Assembly (NCBI GenBank): GCA_024704765.1
Contig: JAKMXF010000088.1
Location: 1-64,000, forward strand
DNA from: Oopsacas minuta
Lineage: Eukaryota; Animalia; Porifera
Direction of reading: 5' to 3'
Length of the DNA: 64,000 nt
Below the pieces are notes generated by a model. That model ran no database searches. It worked only from the letters and a program-made list of their open reading frames with translations, and had not been told where the DNA came from. The position numbers were made by a program, and so were the translations under genes. Shown here piece after piece: positions 51,661 through 61,631 of the stretch (positions are counted from its first letter, which is position 1; every line of letters starts with the position of its first letter).

Positions 51661-53595
51661 ATCGATGAGTATTACGTTTGGTACATTTAGCATCACATTT
51701 TTGGTGATATATATACTATTGTTAAATAGGAAGTAGCATATGGTGGTTTCATGTGCTATATTGGAATACTTGTAGTTTTATAGTTTCTGCGGTTTTAACA
51801 CCTTTCCATATATGGTAATACCGTTGATAATTCTTAATTTGTTAGAGTTCGACATGTCAAATGTATTATTGTTGGATAGGAAGTCATATATAAAGCGTCA
51901 TTTGAGCGTATCGACTTATCTTAGTTACGTCTAGCTTTATTATTCTGCGGTTTTCACACCTCCATATATTGTGATAATGTCTAAATCTCGAATATGGTTC
52001 GAGTTTGCATGTGAAATGTATTATTGTTTAACTTGAATACGAAGTCAATTAAGTATGATATGGGCAACTTATTGGTTTACCTCAAGGATCTGCGGAAGTT
52101 GAGTTGTGTGGTTTAACATTCTCATATCTATGCATGAACTGGCTGTTTTACGGTAAAATTAGCGTAGTCCGAAAAGAGTAGAAACTTTTTGAGAAAGCTA
52201 ATTGAAACAAACGAGAAATTCATGTGCCTCAAAAATGTTGTACGCATTATGATGGAAAGCCTTGTCGTGGAAATTAAGATGAAACCAAGCGGAAGAAGCA
52301 GAAAAATAACTGTACATGGTTTCCCAAGTAACCCGGAAGAACAGAAACGCTGGAAAACGAATTTACCGAATTTCGAGGACAATTGGTATATTCATTATAT
52401 AACACTATGTCATCAGTAATAATTCTATTGCTCTTAAATGTTAAATATTTATTAGTTAAACAATAGGTACTTCTAGTGCTGTATATCATATGCATTAATT
52501 GAATATCTTTTAATTTAATGGTAGCTTTAATTATTTATAGTATATATATGAATAAAATATTTTTCAAATTAATCATGGAAAATTTTAAAGATATGTATTT
52601 TCCCGAATATATAACCTTTGAATAATCGTAGAAAATTGTTCCAAACAGCAAGAAGGGTAATTAAATCCACTGAATCTGAAATTGACACTCTTGAATTTCT
52701 ACCGATGAAATCTTCTCCGGTATTCCCTTCTATTAATATTATTTAGTCAACTGATAATTATTGCAAACAAATTGAACATTATATGGACTGGATAATCATA
52801 GTAAAATGTAATATATTGTTTGATGGATTTGAAATCCGAGGTGGAGCGAGGAAAAATATAAAATTACAACCTGTGCCGGCAGCTTAGTCTATTAATTAAA
52901 TGTTTAAAAGTGGCACTATTAATTGGAGGCAATATGAGAGGTTATTTCTGCTTCTTCCGCTTGGTTTCATCTTAATTTCCACGACAAGGCTTTCCATCAT
53001 AATGCGTACAACATTTTTGAGGCACATGAATTTCTCGTTTGTTTCAATTAGCTTTCTCAAAAAGTTTCTACTCTTTTCGGACTACGCTAATTTTACCGTA
53101 AAACAGCCAGTTCATGCATAGATATGAGAATGTTAAACCACACAACTCAACTTCCGCAGATCCTTGAGGTAAACCAATAAGTTGCCCATATCATACTTAA
53201 TTGACTTCGTATTCAAGTTAAACAATAATACATTTCACATGCAAACTCGAACCATATTCGAGATTTAGACATTATCACAATATATGGAGGTGTGAAAACC
53301 GCAGAATAATAAAGCTGTATAAGAGACGTAACTAAGATAAGTCGATACGCTCAAATGACGCTTTATATATGACTTCCTATCCAACAATAATACATTTGAC
53401 ATGTCGAACTCTAACAAATTAAGAATTATCAACGGTATTACCATATATGGAAAGGTGTTAAAACCGCAGAAACTATAAAACTACAAGTATTCCAATATAG
53501 CACATGAAACCACCATATGCTACTTCCTATTTAACAATAGTATATATATCACCAAAAATGTGATGCTAAATGTACCAAACGTAATACTCATCGAT
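51661..53595. repeat. Long inverted duplication (650/655-bp arms, 630-bp spacer) of the 5' end of a THAP/P-element-like remnant
   Basis: Arms 51661-52310 and 52941-53595 match apart from a 7-nt and a 2-nt indel in the parts checked. The left arm leads into a THAP-like fragment PQKCCTHYDGKPCRGN*..HGFPSNPEEQKRWKTNLPN (52222-52380). Confidence 0.9.
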
Positions 53596-53617
53596 GATAA
53601 TTTGTAGTGTACTAGTA

Positions 53618-54347
53618 TCGGGTACGCTGCATTTATCAGATTAGTTTTTACTGTGCTCTGATTTGGGAGAATCAATTTTGCGTTTTGGTTTACTTTTACT
53701 TAAATGTCAATCATCACTATCTAACTCAAAATAAATAACTATGAGAAGAAACGTATTTGCATACGATGTGTTGCCTGTTGAGTAGGTTAGCTAGTGAATA
53801 TTTGGAACATATCTTCTATCGTAGATCGGCATATAGGACAAGGTTTTATAGAAAAACAATCTTTCATATGATCAATAGAAAAAGTAGAAAAGTTGCAAAA
53901 TGGTGGTAGAAAGGGCCGGATTTAAAGCTAGGACAGGATCATGACGGAATATTTCTTGGATTAGCTATCAATTTGGTTATATATGAGTACTTAATCGGGG
54001 ATTTGAATACGAACTAAATGGTGATCGAATATATTTCTTCTATTAGTTATATCATGGTTTGGAATGTAAGATACGATGTTTTAAGTGAAGGAGAAGAAAA
54101 CGGGGTTTTAAACTGTCATTAATGTTGTTGGAACCGACTGTAATTGTGTCTAGGTGTTTTATCTGTGGACAAATTGGGACCAGGGATATTTTACTCGGTT
54201 CTATCAGTGTTTCTTTGTTATATAGAAAAACAATCTTTTTCCAAAATAATACACAACTAAATAGTGTCGAAACTAAATTCAAAAACTTATTCTCCCAAAT
54301 CGGAGCACAATAAACTCGATTATAACCATTCTGACAAATGACACCCT
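53618..54347. mobile_element. MITE of the same family as the 18968-22062 element
   Basis: Shares CTAAATAGTGTCGAAACTAA..ATTCTCCCAAATCG.AGCACAA..CCATTCTGACAA with 21885-21965. Inverted ..GATTTGGGAGAATC at about 53655. Confidence 0.65.
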
Positions 54348-55224
54348 CAAAATTCTTACAAACGTAGGCGCTCCCTAGTATCGCTTATATTAACACACTA
54401 CCTAAGCAACCAGGGTTGCTAAACAACTTGGGTTGTTGTTAGGATAACTCAATAATTCAAGTAATGATTGTATTTTGTAAAAAATTCTAAATGATAAATA
54501 CCATAAATCATTGGAAGGTGATGGTTTAACAATTATTCACATTAGGCAACTCAATCCTGCACCCAGTCGCTGAATAAGATTCTTACCCAAATATGATGAA
54601 ATATAGTGTATTATATCTATAGGGCCGCAAAATAGGGTTGAAATCATAAATGAGATTCAATTTCAACAAAATGCCTATATATTATCTCATTCAAATTGAG
54701 ATTCAAGTTACAAAATAATTGGGGGGGAGGGGGCTGTAGACCTCAAAGCCCCCTGGCCTCGAGTTTATACTATACAGAAATTTTGAGATTTAATTATCTA
54801 TTGTCCATCCAAACTACATTTAATGGCCTTTTGTGGTGACACTGGAGAAGCTATGCTGCCCTTTTACTTAGTAATCTCGGCAAAATTTTATCCGATATGT
54901 CTGTTGGGAGCAAGTCTCTAAGTATGTTTCGAGATTTCAACAATTTGCTTACTTTATATTCATCAAAACAACAATAGATTTACACATGAGAAACTTGAAA
55001 ACGCGAAATTCTGATTCAGTTTCGTAACAAAATGACTGTTATCTATACCTCGAGTCATTTGTTACAGACAGTCATTACGTTACAGCTCTGTAACAAATGA
55101 TATTTTGAGAATAAATTGAGATTCTATTTTTGTATTATGTTATACCGTGAATTTGAGCGCGACTGTAGTATTAGTTTAAAACCGATAGTAAGAAAACCAT
55201 TTTCAAATGTACTTATAGCATATA

Positions 55225-55618
55225 CAGTAGATGACGGTTATAAGGACATAATCGGGAACTGGACATAATGTTCTTATGTCCGGCATGTTCTTATAACCGA
55301 TATGTAGGATTTGTGGGTGCCGGTTATGAAAACACTTCTTTCAAACAGATTGGATGTATGAACAACATTTTGGGAAAACCGTTCTCATATCTACTGAATT
55401 ATGCTAATTCTACAACTATATCTGTGATAAGAACCAACCTCCAAGAGTGTTCTTATAACTGGCATAAATTATATTGAGGTATATGGTGACCGTTTTCCTG
55501 TAAATGTTCGTATACCCGGATGGAATTTTCTATTATCAGCTAAAAGTTCAATGGAGTGGAATACACAAGATTCCGTAAATCAAGTTTAGGTTATTATTAG
55601 TATAACCGGCATCATCTG
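55225..55618. mobile_element. pogo/Tc1-type MITE with GGTTATAAG subrepeats
   Basis: TA|CAGTAGATGACGGTTATA ... TATAACCGGCATCATCTG|TA. Confidence 0.55.
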
Positions 55619-55737
55619 TATTTGTTGAAAGCATTTGACTAATAAATATATTGTATTGAATAGTACTGATACATCTAAGTATAATTGCTGTCATTTAACT
55701 AATATGTAAGCAACAATATTAATCTTTTGGATTTTTG

Positions 55738-56950
55738 TCAGCTTTGCAGCTTTAACTGATTTAGAGGAGGACCTCCCAATCCATCATATAGAAACCATCC
55801 ATGACTAGTCCTAATCTTCATTGTGAAATGAACTTTGATGCTATTGTAAATTGAAGAGTAGTAGAAGATTGATACCTAAATATATTCAATATATAAACAT
55901 TATTTAACAATATGGAAATCAGATTATACTAGGAACTAAAATTGCAACCAACATTGTATCTTAAGTTTTCGCTGTCTTGATGTAATAAATAAATAATTTG
56001 ATAACCACCTTGTTTCGAGTTTCCTAAATGTGATACAAGGATAAAGTCAACATAAAGGCAGAGAGAGAGCGAGCGACAAAAGTAATAAAACGCACAATCC
56101 AACTTTTGCGATCTCTATGAATATCATTGGTGATATACTATCAAACATTGAGTGGTTGATGTTTGGAAGGCGCTTCCTCGACATGAAACTCTATGAGTAT
56201 AGGAATAATTCTAATTCTAATTACAATTTTATTAAAACGGCTGATAAATTATTGAGTGTATATATCTCTTACATTTGACACCTTTGGATGGCTATTTTCT
56301 TCGTTATACTGCTTGCTATATCTGACTGTGGATGACTAAAAGAATATTTTAAGAATAATTGTATGCTAATAGCAAATACAATTATGACTACAAAATTATG
56401 CCAAATTTATGTTATGAGTAAATATATTATGTACTGAACAATAGACTCACCTTAGCACACCAAGTTCCTAGATTTGATGAAATGTTGCTCGCATTTAGAA
56501 TAGGTGTAATCAACAAGGATAGAATCCCAAGCAAAGCCAATCCTTTGAAATATACGTACAAACTTGTACTCACCCCCGAAGAGATCCATGAACGGGCTTT
56601 CCTTAAAACCGATCATCTTTGCAAAGTCAATTTTTGCTTGGACATATCTCTATAAGTATAGTACTTCATTTTATGTGTCATGGAACATGATGGCATGCCA
56701 TTTGGAACATGTTTCATAACAAATAGTATAAATATTCTATTAGCATGCACTGAAATTAATTATTTATGCCTAACCTTTTGAACAAGTTAAGTAAATAATT
56801 TTTCAAAGTCTGGGAGAGATTTCAGGTCAAAGTCCAAAATTGTTATAGTATGTCCACGTCAGATTTGCAAAGATTCAGACAGTATTGGAAACTATCGAGA
56901 GTACATGTGTTAGCCAAATGTATGTCTCCCATTCTTCCTCCCCAATAATA
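55738..56950 (-). pseudogene. Degraded multi-exon papain-fold (USP-like) cysteine protease gene
   Basis: WGGRMGDIHLANTCTLDSF (Cys, ~56905), AKIDF..DLFGGEY (~56560-56650), SPMIFIEI (~56120) and VHFTMKIRTSHGWFLYDGLG (His ~55829, Asp ~55785). Stops present. Confidence 0.55.
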
Positions 56951-57219
56951 CATAAATTCTTATAATCTAAAATGAAATATGACTCAAAAAATGATTTGTA
57001 TTAGAAATATGACTAAGTTATTTGATAAGAAAATAATGTAATACGAGCCTTTGGACTCGTCGCTTTGCGATGACCTCGGCACATTGTGCCTCGAGGTATC
57101 CATTAAGCTACAAATTGACGGCCCCTTTGGGTATTAAAATATAGATATATTTAGAACAATGGAATTCACAAATATCCGTATATGGCATATATATTAATGA
57201 ATTATTTTGTAAGATCAAC

Positions 57220-57832
57220 CCCCTTTGTAGCCGTTTAGAGCAAGTATCTACGTAAATTTTGAGATTTTGCTAATTTGTTTACTTTATATTCATATAACAA
57301 CAATAAATTTACATATCAACGGACAAACAAACAATACCATATTCGGATTCAGCATACTCGAGTGCCCCAGTATAGCCTTTGAAAGTATGATTCTACCACA
57401 ATTTTGAAATTTGTTTACTTTATATTCTTACAAACAACAATTAATTTACATATGAGAAAATTGAAAATGCGAAATTCTGGTCCAGCGTATTGTGTTACCC
57501 CTGTGTAGCTTTTAGAGCAAGCCTGTAATTATATTTTGAAATTTGGATAATTTGTTTGCTTTATATTAATAAAACCAACACTAAATTTACAAATCTACGA
57601 AGAACAAACAAACAATGCCATATTCGGACTCAGCATACTCGATTACCCCTGTAAGATCGTTGAAAGCATGTTTCTACCACAATTTTGGAATTTGTTTACT
57701 TTATATTCATAAAAACAACAATAAATTTACATGTGAGAAACTTGTAAATACGAAATTCCGATTCAGCGTACTGTGTTGACGACAAACAGACAGACAAACA
57801 GACAAACAACAATTGAGATTTAATAATATAGA
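57220..57832. repeat. Dispersed repeat with about 140-290-bp internal tandem units and a (GACA)n tail, DINE/Helentron-associated-like
   Basis: TTTGTTTACTTTATATTC..ACAACAATAAATTTACA occurs about 4 times here and again at ~54945 and ~61200. Ends GACAAACAGACAGACAAACAGACAAACAACAATTGAGATTT. Family assignment is tentative. Confidence 0.5.
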
Positions 57833-58634
57833 TTTATACTATATGTGCCAAGTATCATAAAAGCATATACTCGTAATATAATTACTTTTTTAATTCTGGT
57901 TCAGGTGTATACAGGCCTAAATTGATTCATATATAAATATATAAAATAGTAACAAAATATTATATTTTAAAGCTCTTGGCGAACACACTAAGTTCGTTAA
58001 TAGATCTCAATAATTATACTAAAGAATACTCGGCACAGTAAATATCTAGATTTAGATTTAGATCCATCCTATATTTTTACACAACAATAGCTATAAAGTC
58101 GGTAATTACTATATTATTTAATTTATTTAAGTTAAACAAGAAATATAACCTTATTTTCTAGTTTCCGAGTGAATCCAATTCTGTTTGGAATATGTCATCT
58201 AACTAAAGGATATATAACTCTGAACAAACACCCTAGGAAATATTGAACATTATATGGGCTGGATGATCGTATTAAATTCTATATATATTGTTTGATTGAT
58301 TTGAAATCCTTCGCGGAGCGAGGGAAAAATATAAAATTACAACCTGTGCTGACAGCTTAGCCTATTAATTACATTTGTTTAAAAAGCAGCACTATTAATT
58401 GGAGGCACTATGAAAGGTTAGGTTTAATCTCAATACAAATATGACGCCAATTAATAGTGCCATTTTTTAAACAAATTTAATTAATAGACTAAGCTGTCGG
58501 GGTACAGGTTGTAATTGTATATTTTTTACTTCTGAGGTCGTCATTAATATTTCTATTAATTTTCCTAAATATGAGTCAAATGTATTTGGTTTACAATTCT
58601 GAAATTGAGATTACAAATAGTGAGCCTTAGATAA

Positions 58635-60543
58635 CACTGGACAACATTTTACAACTTATTTTTTATTCCTTGCTCGTTTCAAGTTTACTTAGACTAATAT
58701 GGCCATGCTGAATCCAAATCTGGCCTTAGATTTTTTCTAACACGTCACGTTTTTGAGATATGACATATGCACACAACAACCCGTAATTGTCATTTTGGCT
58801 AATTTTGGCTGTGCAGAACAAAACATTACATGTAATAAACACAGTGATTGCTAGTGAGAATAACAGGATTATCATCTTGCACAATTTAACACAACCGAGG
58901 ATGATTAAACCAGACAAAAATAACATTGTATCCTCTCAAAAGTGCTTTATACACTTGCTCTTTCGAGCATGTTCAGTGTCAGTTTCACGCTGGAGAAACC
59001 AGCGTGCTCTACTGGTTTTAGAGCAGACTTGCATGTTAGATAGATGATTTTCGACTTATTTTTAGACGAAAATCCAGCAATATTTGTTGTGCAAAAGTAA
59101 CAATCCGACGTATGGTTATTAGGTTCTCGCCAAATCATAGGTACCGCAAATGGCATGGAATTCTTCTTTCCATTAAGCCATTGGATTAGACTGGTATAGC
59201 AGACGGTACAGCAGATGTGAGGTGCCCAGTTCTTGTCTTGGTCACCAACTTTGCAACCAAAGTAATACTTGTAGCCAATCTTGACACGATTGGCAATATT
59301 TCTTCGCTGGGGCTTCGGCGTAAATTTTCCACAAATATAGCAGAAGTTATCTGGGTGGTTCGTGCGTTGTCTTCTGATCGTATTCATTTTAAACAAAAAG
59401 CTTAAATACACAATCAGTTACAAACTAAAAATTCTGCAAAACAGTAATGTTGTTGGTTTATCGATACAGTCTACAATCCACCCGCAAGTAGGCTAAATAA
59501 CCCCTCCTTATAGCCATGGCCAAGAACACTCAAGAATGCATTAATTGTCAAAAGATAGAACATTACATTTACAAAATAATGTTAATATTAACCGTACATA
59601 ATATGCATTGTTGACCAACAATTCGCTGGGAAAGAAAATTGTACAATAGGCCTAACTTGTACTGTATAGTACCTTATAATATAGTGCCAATCAATGCAAA
59701 ATCCGAATTTCGTGAATTTTCATATCTTGAAATCCTGGGGCCTTATTAACTAAAATTCTAAGAATTATTCTTAACTTAATTCTAAGTGTATTTCTAAGAA
59801 TAATTCTAAGAATTCATGAAATATCTTAGTTTTCGTTAAGAATTCTTAACTTGGCTATACTTAACGGATTCTTAGAATAATTCTTAGAATTAAGCAATTC
59901 TAAGAAAAATTCTTAGAATTGGGTAATTCTACTTGATTGATTCTTGCTATTGATTAATAAAATTTATGCCAATTCATTCGACTTCAATCGCTTTTTGAGA
60001 AGATATGCGCATAGTAGAAAATAATATCCTTCTACTTGTATACTTCATTTATCATTAATGAGATAATTGCCCCACCCAATAGCGGGTATTACAACATGTG
60101 GATATGATAATCAAACATATTGTCTTAAGCGATGAACAATCTTCTTTGTAAATAAATGCGTATTGATTATGATTTCATAGAAAAGTAAAATAAATTATAA
60201 GTTAAGTGTCCTCTTTACCTCACTAAATATTTTTCTTAGAATACGACTTAAATTAAGCAAAATTCTAAGAATTTGACTTAAGAATTTTAGTTAATACCAC
60301 TTTTATAATTTCTAAGAATAAGACTTAAGTGTTGGGAAATTCTAAGAATTATTCTAAGAATTAGTCTAATTCTAAGAATTTAACTTAAAGTTAAGCAAAA
60401 TTCTAAGCTTTGACTTAAGAATTTTAGTTAATAAGGCCCCTGACGTGATAGACCAATTCTGATTTCAGATTTGGAATCAGCATCCCAAAGTTAGTCTAGG
60501 TAATATATTTTCATTTGAGGAATAAATTTGATGTTGCCCAGTG
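58635..60543 (-). mobile_element. Chapaev3-type element, internally deleted (only the N-terminal Zn domain ORF 58947-59411 remains)
   Basis: TIR CACTGG(A/G)CAACA. Perfect 3-bp TSD TAA (58632-4, 60544-6). NHPDNFCYICG..FGCKVGDQDKNWAPHICC..MPFAVPMIWREP.NH..DCYFC. Confidence 0.88.
59738..60439. mobile_element. PIF/Harbinger-type MITE (702 bp) rich in TTCTAAGAA units, nested in the Chapaev element
   Basis: TIR GGGCCTTATTAACTAAAATTCT/AGAATTTTAGTTAATAAGGCCC. 3-bp TSD CTG. Confidence 0.88.
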
Positions 60544-60640
60544 TAATAAATTAGATTTTGGTTTGATGCTGATTCCACACTATCAGCAAATAAAAGTATA
60601 TGTTTTAATTATATTTTTATCATAATAATTTTACCAATAG

Positions 60641-60960
60641 CTATAATAAACTTAGATAATCATTTATTTTTCGAAAAACGTTGGACCAATAGTATCTTTG
60701 TTTAATGATACTATGAGGACCATGAATCCCATTGTGTCGCCCGACGTCATGGCATTCCTTGTGTATGTCTGGTATATGATGGCGTCTTAATACCAGAGTT
60801 TCAAATTCGGCCTGCTTTTGATATAACAGGCCATTCTTTAATGTAAGATTTTCAGAATTCCTCCGGATCTTTTGTTTCAACGAATCAGATAGAGTTGGAG
60901 TATACGTCTTCATAGCGAGGGATTGTACAATATACGAATAAAATTCTTCCTCCGTTATTG
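60641..60960 (-). pseudogene. Retroviral-type integrase N-terminal Zn-binding fragment (Ginger/Gypsy-like)
   Basis: ..KECHDVGRHNGIHGPHSIIKQRYYWSNVFRKINDY, the H-x-H half of the HHCC motif, truncated before the CxxC. Confidence 0.7.
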
Positions 60961-61631
60961 AAACAAGTAAAATGACAAGTTATTCATCTGAAATGTATAT
61001 AGTAAATGTATACAAAATCTTGTTATTAGTACTTTAGCATTATAACATTTATCAAGACATTTTGTTACAGAGGCTGTAACTAAATGACTGTCTGTAACAA
61101 AATGACCTTAAAATAGTAGTCATTTTGTTACGAAACAGTATTACCCCTGTGTAGCCGTTGAGGGCAAGTATCTATGTATATTTTGAGGTTTGGATGTTTT
61201 GTTTACTTTATATTCATAAAAACAACAATAAATTTATATATGAGAAACTTAAAATGAGAATTTCTTATTCAGCATGTTCGATATAGTATTGAATTTTATT
61301 TACTTCTCTGATAAACACGATAAATACATAGTAATGCGACATTTTCAAAATTGCATATCATAAATCCTTTCCTTGACAACGAACAACAAACGACAATTGA
61401 GATTTAATTATATACATTTAGTAATAAATGTGACTAGTAACAGTGCAAATTGGGATATTGGGAAGAATACTATGTAGTATTCTTCCTAGGGGAGGAAATT
61501 CTTATATAGCATTTTGCCTCCGGGAGAAATCCTATATACAACACCAGAACGCTAGCTTCTTCGATTATTTTTAGTTTATCCCAGTCTTATATCTCTGAGA
61601 TTTGAATCTAGATTCTGGGTATTCTTCATAG

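Larger units (their letters stand above)
55018..61137 (-). mobile_element. Probable Ginger-like DNA transposon (about 6.1 kb, TGT..ACA ends), degraded and carrying nested insertions
   Basis: About 85-bp TIRs of GTAACAAAATGAC units at 55018-55100 and 61055-61137, the right one ending GAAACA. It splits a host tandem repeat whose halves rejoin. Contains an integrase Zn-finger fragment and a protease-like gene, both on the minus strand. Confidence 0.62.

Noticed and set aside
56541-56571. 31-nt GT-AG micro-intron creating a hydrophobic TM-like exon
   Set aside because: The unspliced frame (DLFGGEYKFVRIF..) fits the protease-like domain better, and there is no support for such a short intron.
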